Source: Camelus dromedarius
Lineage: Eukaryota
Length of the DNA: 64,000 bases
Assembly: GCF_036321535.1 (NCBI RefSeq)
Contig: NC_087436.1
Location: forward strand, 84,074,001-84,138,000
Direction of reading: 5' to 3'
The notes under the pieces were generated by a model. It saw only the letters and a list, made by a program, of their open reading frames with translations, made no database searches and was not told the origin of the DNA. Shown in pieces: positions 13,301 through 25,629 of this stretch; position 1 is the stretch's first letter; each line of letters begins with the position of its first letter. Both the position numbers and the translations under genes were made by a program.

Positions 13301-15234
13301 CTACTCCTGCCCTTGAGCTGCCTTTTCAAGGAAGTACACATTAACCAAATGACGATTGAGGTGTTTGCTGTAATCTTTCTCCTTTCTAAAAGACCGATCA
13401 CAGAAGATACAAACAAAATCTCCCTCAGTCACCTTGACTGTGGAGGCTTCCTTTGCATTCTTTCTACTAGCTTCTTGTGGAAGTTGCCGAGCCCCATTCA
13501 ATCCAGAATCATCACTATCCTCTGACAAGTTGTCACTTAGGTCACTTCCGTCGTGACTGTGGATGCCTTCGTCTTCATCCATTTCCTGAGACTCATTTAC
13601 TGCCATGGTGACAGGAGGTGATGCCACAGCAGTTTTGGACACTGCTTCATGTTTCTCCAGTGGAATAGGAAGAAGCGGTGGTGGAACTGGCTCTTCAACT
13701 GCCGAGTCTCTGCCAGAGGGATTCTCTGTTTTGTTCTCCTCAGTATCCACTTCCATTTCACAAAGCACAGTGTCAGCTTGATGTCCACCATCTAAAGTTT
13801 CACCCTCTGGCAAATTCAAGTTTTGTTCAGAGGATGAAATAGGGGCAGATTCCTTGGTAACAGCGGCAAGACCAACTAGACTCTTATCTGCCTCTTCTGC
13901 TTCCACTTTTTGAAGAGGGGCTTCTTTATCTCCTTCGTCTGCAGTGAATAATTTTTGGTCTTTTGTCTCCTCTTCCTTTACATTTTCCTTTGGCAGAGGT
14001 GGTGACGGTGCTAAGAGATCCTGTGTACCGGCGCTTTCCTTTAGAAGCGGCCTATCTGCAACAGGCACTAAGCCAACTTCAATAAGGACCTGCTCTTTCT
14101 GTGCTACTTCACCCTGCATGTTGGACTTTTCCTTATTATCTTTTCGAGGAGACCTTTTGGGGATCAGCTCCGTGGGAGGAGGCGGCTCCATCTCAACAAG
14201 CCCCTTCTGAACAACCTCGACCTCAGCAGGCCCCATGGTTAGAGGAGGCTCCATGTGCACAGGCCCCTTCTGAACAAACTCGACCTCAGCAGGCCCCACG
14301 GGGGGAGTTGCTTCCGTCTGAACAGGCCGCCCCTGAGCAGATGCCGTGGGAGGCAGAGGCTCTGTCTGCACAGGCCCCACCTGTGCAGGCTCCACCTGAG
14401 AAGGCCTCCTCTGAACAGTCTCCCTCTGAGCAGGCTTGCTGCTTTTTTTACATGGTTTATTTTTCAGAGTCTTCTTCTTCGTACCTTTTTGCATGTAAAT
14501 ATTTTGTTTTTTATTCTCATCTACTTTGCTGTCACCCTTTGGCACTTCCTGACTGTTTTTGGATTTGCTTTCTGCCTTCTTTTTCTTTTTTGTCACATGT
14601 TCCTCATCATTAACAGGATCTTGCAAGGAATGGGCTTCAGCTTCCATCTTCCTTTTGCTTTTCTTGGTTTTAAAGGTTTTTTCTGAGTTATTTCCTGTAT
14701 GCACATCTACTTCTTTAGTTTCCGCGGCTGATTTGCGAGTTCTGGTAGCCACTTGGGTTGAGGCACTACTGCAAGGCTTTTTCTCTTTTGAAACATTATC
14801 TTTTTTCTCCACTTTTACAGACCTCTCATTTTTCTTCCCAGACACATCCCCCTTTACTTTCGTCTGCTCTGTTTCTGTTTTCTCATCAGTAATTTTGTTA
14901 TCAGGCAAGTCAGCCTCTCGCTTTTTGGTTTTCTTCAGTTTCACTTTTGAGACATCCATTGTTTTATCAGGGCAAGTAGGATGCTTAGATTTGAAGTGAT
15001 ACTGCAGATTGCACTTCTTGGAAGCTGCATAGTCGCATACAGGGCAATTGAACTGCCGTGGATTCACATGTAGCTCTACGTGTTTTTTGAAATTACTTCT
15101 ATCTGCTGTTTTGTAGTCACAGTGTGGGCAGTTAAGAGGTTTAGGCCCATTGTGAACCTGTCTTGCATGGCGGGTAACTTCGTGTTGATTAGAGGCCACA
15201 TAACTGCACTGGTCACACTTAAATGGCTTCTCAC
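13301..15234 (-). CDS. REST: REST last coding exon (exon 4): zinc fingers 6-8, Lys-rich region, Pro-rich repeats, degron region, zinc finger 9
   Basis: Acceptor tttcag|GTGAGAAG at 15234; EKPFKCDQCSYVASNQHEVTRHARQVH..., DEGIHS, FVCIFCDRSFRKEKDYSKHLNRH; stop TAG at 13303-13301. Confidence 0.98.
14170..14415 (-). repeat. REST: Coding degenerate tandem repeat (Pro-rich region of REST)
   Basis: 63-nt units GPAEVEFVQKGPVHMEPPLTM / GPAEVEVVQKGLVEMEPPPPT plus shorter PVQTEP-type units. Confidence 0.85.
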
Positions 15235-16106
15235 CTGAAAGTAAACAAGAGATGTCACAGAAGACATACATGAAGAAATGAATTCAAGATCTAGTCAATT
15301 ATACTTACAAGGAATTGGATACATGTTAAAAAAACAAACAAACAAAAAACCATAAAAACTATTTCTTGAAGACTTTATCATGCAATTTACATTCACCATA
15401 TTTATTTGTATATCTTTTCCCTATCCCTTGACATTGATTCTCACACCAAATGGAGGAATAATTATCTCAGTTAATCCTCATCTTCTAAAAAGGTCATCAA
15501 GCTAGGGCTCTTGAGTACTAGTAAAGAACACAGATTCATCAAGAAGTACACAATTATTGCCAAAGTTACTTGGGCTCCCCATATTAATTTTGGGGCAAGG
15601 ACATTCAAAGAGAGAAGATAATTTTTAATTTTTTATGTTTAGCTAAAACAAATGTATAATGGAATAAAATATAAAATTTCCATACATTTAAGATAAACCT
15701 TGAGACTACAAAAGAAGTATCTTACATTCTAGGCTACACTCCCTTAGCTTCCATGTCAGAATTTTAAAACAATCCTTTGACCTCAAGGAGCAAATGGGAG
15801 CAAATGACTTTCTCTCTAAATTTAACTCTTTTGTCCATTGTGGCAAGAGCTGAGTCAAGTTTCACTCAGCAGACTTTTCCAGTGACAGAGTCGCTATTTT
15901 ACAACAAACATAGACAAATCAGAAATCTGCTCTTGATTTTTTCCCCACCTTCTTCTAAAGAATGGGCAAAGAAACTAGGTAAATGAAAAGGGGCACACAA
16001 ATAGATATGGTATGTAAAATAAGCAAAGAAAGTCATAATCACAGGTACATACAAGACCAGAAGCCCCCCACCCCCAAATTAAAGGCATAAAATTAACTCA
16101 TTCTAC

Positions 16107-16168
16107 CTGAATACATACCCATCTAGATCATACTCTAGTAAATATTACCAAATGGTATCCATACCCCA
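16107..16168 (-). CDS. REST: REST neural alternative exon N (62/50/28/16-nt forms) producing truncated REST4/sNRSF
   Basis: Minus strand reads ttggaccag|TGGGGTATGGATACCATTTGGTAATATTTACTAG|AGTATGATCTAGATGG|GTATGTATTCAG|gtagaa; exon starts at 16168 or 16134 and ends at 16119 or 16107; the long form reads VGYGYHLVIFTRV*. Confidence 0.93.
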
Positions 16169-18226
16169 CTGGTCCAACGGAATGCATAGCAGAAAAATGG
16201 AAATTGACATTTATGAAAAAGTCATCTCTCAAACATTCTCATATTCATATCAAATCTTATTTCTTTCATAAAGCAATAATACTCAGACATTAAGTAAAAC
16301 CATGTAGATAGTAAGCTTTACATGATTAGAAGATATCTGATAATAAAATACTCAATCACAGAAACAAAAATTTACCCAGGTATGACAGACTGAATATGAA
16401 GCTAACCGGACAACTCTTCTGCATTTGTCCACTAACAGATTCACAGAGGTTTCTAACAACATGCTATTATTACTCTATACTTGGCCCTACCTTGTCCTCT
16501 CCATTGAATGATTTCAGTGGAGACAAACATTTGCTTAACATAGACACAAAATGGGGAAAATATATGTGGAACAGATGTTAAGAACTTGTTCTACAGTAAG
16601 GATTTCTGGGGCGGCGGGGGGCAAATATGGGCTCTGCAACTTACTATGAGATCTTCAGCAAACTACTGAAAACTCCTTTATAAGGCTCGATTTCCTCATC
16701 TGTGAAACAATGTTAGGTGTTGTGGGCTATAATCTAATCCACATACAGCACTTAGCACAGAGTGGATAGCCAAGCAGTCACTATGCATTACCTGTAAATC
16801 ATCACTTTTGGAATGAGCTGGTAATTTTCAATATGAGTAAACAAAATGGAAGATTTCATGTGTTTATCCTGCTTTACCAAATAAACCCTACCTCCGAGTA
16901 AGTAAATAGCTAGTGAATGGATTTTACATCTTTAGGAAAACATTTGCTCTCATAAAAAAAAATTATAATGAAAATGTTGCCATTTTAAAAGCCCCAATGA
17001 ATAATGGTATTTATAGATCCCGCATCAAGCAAGGTACAAGCCTCCACCTATGAAATGCTCAGGGAATCGGAATTTGCAGGACTCTTTTAAACTATGATGG
17101 CATCATTTACTTGCTCCATTCATCCTGCCTCCATTTTTGTTTTATTGACATTAAATCTTTCTTGTATTAAAAGATCGAGTCATCAAAAGTTTAGTTTATT
17201 AGTATCTAGCTGATTATAAATTTTTTTGCCCTGTACCAATAGTTTTAACTTAATTCTCTTTTCCAATTCTAGTAATATTTACCTGTTTTTCATCTTTATA
17301 AATGTGTCGGATGTCTATTTTATTCTTTCCAAATTAATGTATAGATGTCAGGCAAATTCAAAAGGAAAAATATTTTTACAAGCTTTACACATTCTTATTA
17401 AGAATAGCTCAGAAAAAATAGCAAGGGAACGTTTTAATTAAAGAGTAAGAGGGGCATATAATTGATTACTACTCAGCACTAAACACAAAGTTCTGATAAT
17501 GCAGCATGGGATGAATCTCAAAAATATTTTACAGAAGAACATAATGTTTTTTGATGGAAGTCAGAGTATCAGGTGAGGGGAGCCTGGCAGTACTGTCAAG
17601 GAAGGGTAAGGAGGGAACTTTTTGAGGGTGGTAGAAACGTTTCATGTCTTCACCTAGGCAGTAGTCAAACAGGAAAAAAAACACATAAAAGTCACCGACC
17701 TATATACTTAATGTGTGCATTTTCATGTGTGTAGATTAAGCCACAATAAAATACTGCTTAAAAATTATTTCAAAATTCACAAGAAGATTCTCAAACCATG
17801 TTTCAAGTGGCCCAGCTTTTAAAATAGTGTCTCCATAATAATCATCAAATATTTGGTGAAAGGAAAATAAATTTTTTTTGCTGAAAAAAAAAATCTTTTC
17901 TTTCCTTCTTAAAAAGAACAGTCAATGGAGGTGGAACTTGGCAAGCTGTTAATTCCCCTTAACGAATATCCATTTTGCTCATAATGGGAAAATATCCAAA
18001 ATGAACTCCTATGCTACCTGATCGGGGGAATTATCCACACCCAGTGTGTTATCTACAAAAATATCAGAATGGCAAGTACAAACTGCATGTATTTCATCCA
18101 GGATGAAATGGTAGCATATCCTGAGAATATGAAAGGGAGAGCTGTGGATTACGTCAGGATTTCTAGACTATCCAAGTAAGATACCTTAAAACCATTATGT
18201 ACGAACACCAATAAAATGCAGAGTAA

Positions 18227-18303
18227 GACTGGGACATTGCGCTGTACACCAGAAACTGACATGTTGTAACTAACTACTTCAATTAAAAAAAAAAAATAAG
18301 TAA
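18227..18303 (+). mobile_element. Short L1 3' end with a 17-bp TSD (REST intron 3)
   Basis: TSD aataaaa(t/c)gcagagtaa at 18210-18226 and 18304-18320; body matches the 3' tail of 5098-5410. Confidence 0.85.
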
Positions 18304-19884
18304 AATAAAACGCAGAGTAACACCTACTTTGGTGGGAGAAGACCTACTCTAACGGAAGTGCTCCAAGGAAATAACCAATATAGTTTTGATTCATAAACCA
18401 ATTTCTTTGTCATTTTAGCTAATCTCTTCCAGAAATAAGAGACTAACCACACACTTCTCTCCCCTAAAATACATTCACATGAACAGGAAACTCAATTCCT
18501 AATGTGACCTGTAAAGATCACAGGGAAGGCACCCAAGATATTCACTCCATGCAACCCAGTCAGAAAGATTACTTACCCAATTTGACCTCACTTAGCCTCA
18601 GTTGACTTGTACATGTCATCAGCAACTTATACTAAAATTATTAAAACACAATATTGGCTAGAAATAATTCGGCACACTCACACACAAAACAGACTGGCCG
18701 TGCTTGCTTCCTCTTTGTGACTCACAAATTACTAGCATCCAATAAAAGACAAAGGCTCTGCTCTCTGTACTTTGCGATTCCAATTTCATTATGCTGTAGC
18801 TTCCTGAGCCATTTTCTGAGCCACAATGTCCTTTTAACACTGCTGATGACTGAAAATGAGGGTTGGGGAGTCCGAAGCCAAACCCTAACTCTTCTAACTT
18901 GGAGGAATGACAACCTTAGATAAAGCATTTATCTTCTCCAAGCTGGAGTTCTAATCTATAAACCAGGATTTAAGTATTCTAGTGGTACTAAGATTAGAAA
19001 AAACAAGTCCCAATTTTTCAGTACCCAGCATGCATACGATAAATACTACTATACATTATTAACACTTTTTAAATACTTACTACTTGAATACTGTACTGTA
19101 ACAGCAACTACTAAAAATCACCTTTAAAATATAGCAAAGGAAGTTCAAGAGTAGGAAACACGCAGGCAATAATTACTGACTGGTGTGAAACACCATAGAT
19201 AAACATTTATACAGTGACTAAAGTATTAGCAATTCAATTAAAAAGACACAAGTCTGTTGTCATTCTGATCCAGCGACACTAATAATAGGTCAATCAGAGA
19301 TGACTTCAAGTGAGACATGTTATTAACTACAATACAAGTATTTAGATTTAATTTCCAGTGTACAAGGACACGTAATACAAGGTACAGGGACAGAGAAAAA
19401 ATGAAATGATGCCATGAGAAAGCAAGTAAGACAAATCCAGAAGAGGGGACATTCGGACAGGAAAATGGCATTTCTTCAATGCCTTAGTTTCCCCTTCTGT
19501 AAAATGAGGAAAGTAGAACTTATACACCATAAGATAGCTATGAAAACAAAAATGAGATAACTCATGAAAAGCACTTAAATATTTTTTTATTTAAGAGCTA
19601 GAGCATGACTATTAGTAGGACATGATGTCTACCCTCAACAAAGCATCCATGTTACCCGCAGGAAAAGCAAGCAGGAAGCACCCAAAAGTAATACTAAAAT
19701 CAGGTTTCCAGTTAAGTGATGCAATTCAGTAGCTTTGGAGATTAAAAAGGAACACTCAACTTATATAACATGATAGGCATGTAAGGTCAAGAAAGGCCAG
19801 CAAGCATGCTGGGTCCCCTCACTGCTGCTCAATTTAGAATCCATACTGTAATCAAGTCTTACTCAACCAGTGACATAAAAATAT

Positions 19885-20160
19885 CCACATCCAATAGAAA
19901 TAAAATGCGAGCAATATACGTAACTTTAATTTGCCTAACGGTCACATTACAAAGATAAAAACAAAAACAGGTAACATTAATTTTACTACTTACTTAACCC
20001 AATATATTCAGTATCAGTATTCAGTAATTAATATTTAAAATATTTTGCATAATTTTCTTGATACTGTTTAAATTACGGTATATATTTTATACATCTCAAT
20101 TCAAACCAGCCACCTTTTACAAGCCCAACAACCACATGTGGCTCCTGGCTATCTAATGAA
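19885..20160. mobile_element. hAT-Charlie non-autonomous DNA element (MER3/MER33-like)
   Basis: tccaatagaaataaaatgcgagc ... ccacatgtggct..tggcta terminal motifs. Confidence 0.55.
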
Positions 20161-21079
20161 ACAATAGAACTGTTAACTTCAGATAACTGGTAATTGTTAA
20201 CTTGAGGGGATTGGGTCTAGACAGACTTTGGTAAACAGCAAGATTTTTGCATACTTTCTCCACAGGGGTCTATACTGTAAATCCAGGAGACTACTCTGAT
20301 CAGATGTGCCTCTTCACCAAGGGTCAGTGAGGCCAAAATGAAATAATTATCCATTCAAGACTATCTATGCTGCCTATGGCTTTTTACCTTTGCCACTCTA
20401 CATATTTTGATAGAGGACCAGTTCTGCTTGGTGATCATGATAATTTCAGTCACTGGAGTGGATGAATCTCCCACTTATAGTCCTGCATTTTATCTATTAT
20501 AGGTTAATAAACTGGGATCCTGGAATATCTATCATTCTTCAAAGTTTGGCTTTTGTAAATCAGTACTCAGAAGCCCTATCAACTCTCAAGACAACAAACC
20601 CAAATTTAAGGACCTGAGCAACTAAGAAGGAATCCCTGGAACCAGAACCACACACTATGAAACTTGGCGTTATACTGTGTTTGGGGGCATTGTGGGTTGG
20701 GGGGTGGAGAAGAGTCTGGCAGGAGTATGAGGAGGTAGAGGTTATTTTAAAAGGATAAACCAGCCTTAGTCTATGATAGCTGTTCAACTTTTATTACGGT
20801 TGTGGAACTTGGTAAGATCTGGTAACAACTAAGGACCCTCCTCCCTTCTGGGTGCACACATACATTTACATTCAGTGTTAGAAATTCCACCTATGGACTT
20901 CTTGGTTAGGAATCTCCATTTAAATACAACTTCCACACAGTAAATCCCTAATTTTTAACTCTGATTTCAGTATTATATTAAAAATAAACCATAAATAAGG
21001 ACCCAGTTCCAAGTCTAGAAGAACTTTCTAATAATGATAGTTTACTAAAAATGACAGAAAAGTTTCATTTCTTACCAAC

Positions 21080-21163
21080 CTGAATGAGTACGCATATGTC
21101 TGGTTAGGTGAGTCTTCTGAGAACTAGAGTAAGGACAAAGTTCACATTTATATGGGCGTTCGC
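21080..21163 (-). CDS. REST: REST exon 3 (84 nt), zinc finger 5
   Basis: tttttacag|GC GAA CGC CCA TAT AAA TGT ... CAT TCA G|gttggtaag translates to (G)[27 protein letters not shown](G); too short for the ORF track, found by reading. Confidence 0.97.
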
Positions 21164-22309
21164 CTGTAAAAATATAATAACTAGTGTTCATATATAATAA
21201 GGCAGATGCAATTCTCACTAACAATATACACATCATTCAGTACTGAACATTTTTTCACAAGAATTTTTCCCCCCTATTCCTGGAAAAATGACCAATTTTT
21301 ATCATGTATTAGAAAGGTAAGCAATTTAATTCAGAATACACATAACTAGTTATTTCAGCTTTGCTGACAAAAAAAAAATCATTGACTTTCTGAATCCACA
21401 CAGCCCTTTTAATTTTCACAGTAATGCCATGTTATTACATTAAATATTAAGAACTGAAAAATTATCTTGATCAGGTATCAAGGAACTTTTTAAAAAATTA
21501 GAATTACTCTTAAAAAACAAAAACAAGCAAAAAAAAACTACTCAAATTCTACTCAAATTTTCTGATGCTATGGCTTGGATAATTTTTTTTGATCCTTGAA
21601 ATGATACATCTCCACTGGAAACTGTTAGCTTAAAGCAAGAATATTTTTGAGTGGGGAGCCTGTTGTTTTAAGCTAAAAGTTTCAAGTGGTAGATAAAAGG
21701 TTTATGAAATAGTCAAGTCAGTGTTAAAGCAAATTATAATCATAAAGCCACAGGAAGGGACTGAGAGCAACTGAAGACAGGAGGCCAGTGATTTATTACT
21801 AAAGAATTTAAAACTCAAAAGCAGGAAAGGTGTATTTTTTGGACATGGGTTGTCACCACAAAACATTGAAAAAAATAGTTTGATAATTTGCTTTCATCTG
21901 TTCTTTGGCCACAAGATAGTAAGTATGACCTTGGGCAAGCTTCCTTATCTGTAAAAGTAATAATAGCACCTTCACTTCCTAGAATTGTGAAATTTTAAAT
22001 CAAGATAATACGTGCAGAACACTTAACACAGTGTCTGGCACATAAAACCCTCAATAAATGTTACCATTTTGTCTATATATGAGTTGTAGTAATAGATGTG
22101 TCTTTAAAAAGGGGCAAGGAAAAAGACAGCGTGGAAAAACAAAAGCATGTGTTGATGAGTGTGAAATATGTTCCAAGACACTATTCAGCTGTTATTAGCC
22201 AGTAGTTACTGATAAGCTGTAAACAGAATGCCTACTTTGTTTGAATGCCTACTTTGACCCGGAAGAATTTTAAGACAGCTTAAAAAATGTTGAAAGTAAA
22301 AGAAAAAAG

Positions 22310-22965
22310 TTAAAAATATTTTTGTAAAGAAGATACACAAATGGCCAATAAGCACACAAAAAGATGCACAATATTATTAGCCATAAGGGAAATGCAAATC
22401 AAAACCACAGACACATGAAGACTTCACACCCAAGGATGATTACAACCAAAATGACAAATGTTTACAAGTATTTGTTATGATATGGAGAATTTGGAACCCT
22501 TGTACAGTACTGGTGGGATAGTAAAATAGTGCAACCACTTTGGGAAAAAGTGTCAGTTCCTCAAATGATTAAACATAATTACTATATGGCCTAGCAATTC
22601 CATTCCTACATGTATATTTACCCAAGAGAAATAAAAACATGTGACTAAACAAAACCTTGTATGTGAATGGTCACAGCGGTATTAGTCGTAACAGCCAAAA
22701 AGTAGAAATGATCCAAATATCTATTAACTGATAAACAGATGAACAAAATGTTACTTATCCATATAAGAGCATATTATTTGGCAATAAAAGGAAAACAAGT
22801 ACTATATACATGACATGGATGAATCCTGAAACATTATACTAAGTGAAAGAAGATAGTTACCAAGGACCACATATTATATGATTCCATTTATATGAAATGA
22901 CCAGAATAGGCCAATCCACAGTTAATTATATGGTATGTAAATTGCTATCAATTAAGTTATTACCA
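22310..22965 (+). mobile_element. Ancient L1M fragment (ORF2 end / 3'UTR)
   Basis: aagaagatacacaaatggccaataagcac..gaaatgcaaatcaaaaccac..tatatgattccatttatatgaaatg. Confidence 0.85.
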
Positions 22966-23659
22966 AAGAAAGTTAATGGAAGGAAAAAAAATAGCATTAC
23001 AGATTAACATGAAGGATCAACTAAGGATAATTTACTTTTAAATTCTTTATAACAAAATAGATTGCTTCTATTTGTGCAATTCACCAAAATAGGCATAAAT
23101 ACTCTAGAAAAACTAGTAATTTTTCAATCACACATACAAAAATGTCACTTTTTAAAGCAGAAATTCTGAACTGGTTAACTATCAAAACCACAAAGTAAAA
23201 AATCTCTTGATTGAAGACTCAAATGAAAATCCTCAGACTCCACCAAGATAATGACCCATAAAAAGTGATTTGGAACTTTCAATCTTAGTTGCATGTGACC
23301 TTGGGCAAATCACTTTAGGCGGAGGTTCTCTCATGAACACTTACCCTGTTTTTTTCACTAAATTGTTCTGAAGATAAGCATAGAGAAGAAATGACCTAAC
23401 CCTGAGTACTCAATCAAGAACATAAGAAACCTACTAAGTGAATCTTACAGTAGGCTACCACCTAAGTGAGAAATGAGAAACATGTGATTTCCAATGATGA
23501 TCATTTACCTCTGCTCTACAGCATTCAATGAATTTATTTTTCCATAAATACAATTTTCAGAACTGTGCAATTAACAGCAGTGACCCTCTCAGAATTTACT
23601 AATCAAAATATTATCCTTCTATTTATACACCAGCAAATTGTTTAAAAAAAAAAAACACT

Positions 23660-23842
23660 TTATACTGTATAGCATAGGGAACCATATTCATTATCTTATA
23701 GTAACTTATGGTTAAAAAGAATATGAAAATGAATGTATGTATGTTATGTTCCTATATGACTGAAGCATTGTGCTGCACACCAGAAATTGACATAACATTG
23801 TAAACTGACTATACTTCAATAAAAATATATTTTTAAAAAAAC
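23660..23842 (+). mobile_element. L1 3'UTR fragment
   Basis: tatactgtatagcatagggaac..gactatacttcaataaaa followed by an A-rich tail. Confidence 0.85.
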
Positions 23843-25629
23843 ACAAGGTAATACCAGGAGGTGAAAGTTTTCTAAAAAGTATTAAACCAAGTAAGTTTAA
23901 TGCTAAAACATGTAATGAGATATATAAAACCAATGTTAGCTATGTAAGTCATAACCTTACTGTGGAAACCTTAAATTAATGTAGAGCAAAAGTAATGGAT
24001 GATGAAGTATATAAAATAAGCCATTAAAATTAGTCACCTAGACTGTAATTAAATTAAAATAAACCACTATCACAAAAAAAATTAAGAAATGGCAAAAAGT
24101 AGAGTTCCTGTTTAAAAAAATTTTTTTACATAAAAAATTGAAATTACACACCAAAACTGAAATTTCTCCAATTCTCTCCATTTTCCTTTTTTTCTTCTAA
24201 AAAAAGTCCTTAAATCAAATAATCTAGATTTATTGCTGAAAATATTTTTAGGTTTTTGGAAAATTTTTTAAATTGTTCAGTGACTAAATAATTTTGAAAT
24301 CATCAAAATATAACTGACCCCCCCCCGAATCAAAATTTAATGAGGCAAAGGAAATGGGATGGCTGGTAATATTCTTTATGTTGACTTGCATGGTGATTAT
24401 GAACACAAATATTTGTAGTAATTCATCATTGTCAATTATACCTCAATCAAAAAAATTCATGAGGGTGTACACACAAAAGTCATGCACTTGACCTTATGTC
24501 ATAGTTACCATCTTAAAGCTCTACAGATAACAGCCAATTCTAAATTAGTTCCCGAGGTTTTAAAAAAACTGTTAAAAGAATATAAAGTACTTATGGCTAA
24601 AGTATATATGGTATCTGGGATATTGCAGGTAAGCTTAGTTAAATCTAGCAGTTTGTTTAACTAAAACTGTTAAGGGATTAATGGTCTAGATTCCCAACTT
24701 TCATTTCCTATGTCATGCAGTTTTGACATGTTTGAATTTTTTTTACTTTTGAAATAAAATGGTTTTAAAGCCTGGAGACAATTAATCACAGGCTACAACA
24801 AATTGCAAAGAGAATGCAAATTCTTTTACTTGACTAGATTTTAAAGCTCTAAATTACACAGAAGCCATCTGCTGGGGCTTAGAATCCTGCTGAAAATGTC
24901 TTTCTTGTAATGGAATTTCATCTACAAGTTTTATTATTTATGTCTACCATGTAAATCAACATCAATTCCCCTTCTCACTATGATCCACTTAGCCTGGGGT
25001 TCAGTCCCACAGAGTGATTAACTCCTGCAAAAGGGATCTGATGTAAACAGCATCCCACAGCCCCTTTTCACTTGTGATGCAAAGAATACAGTACCACATT
25101 ACCCTATCCATTTTGCTCAGACCAGTAATCAGTCCTCAAAAGTACCAATTCATAACAGGAAAAAGTAATGTAAATAAGAAAATTAACTATAAATAGCTAC
25201 AAATGTTTCTTTTAAATAAGGAGACTCCTGAATTGTAAAGATTTGAAAGTCAATTTAAAAGGAAATAATAAAGGGCTGATGGGAAGAAAAGGGAATGACC
25301 ACTGATAGGGGTTCCTTCTTGGGGTGAGAATGTCCTAAAACTGATTGGGGTGTTGGCTGTATAATTCTGTGACTATACTAAAACCAATGCGTTCCAATTT
25401 TAAATGGATGAATTCTGAGGTAGTGGAGTACATCTTAATAAAGCTATTATGTTTAAAAAATGAATTGCCAAATGTGACAAAATACAGATAACTTAAGTAT
25501 AGGTGATGGGTACCTGTGGGTGCAGTAGGGCATTCTGTTTACTTCTGAGGTGTTTGAAATTTCTCACATTTTTGAGACTGTTCCATTTTTTGGATAGAGA
25601 ACACTTATAAAGGAGAAAGGTCCGCTTAC

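Noticed and set aside
13944..14999. Plus-strand ORFs of 88-170 aa antisense to exon 4
   Set aside because: Shadow frames of the REST coding sequence and its repeat; no independent evidence of coding.
15235..15271. N-terminal MYVFCDISCLLS of the 656-aa ORF
   Set aside because: Intronic sequence upstream of the exon 4 acceptor (tttcag|GTGAG); not part of spliced REST.
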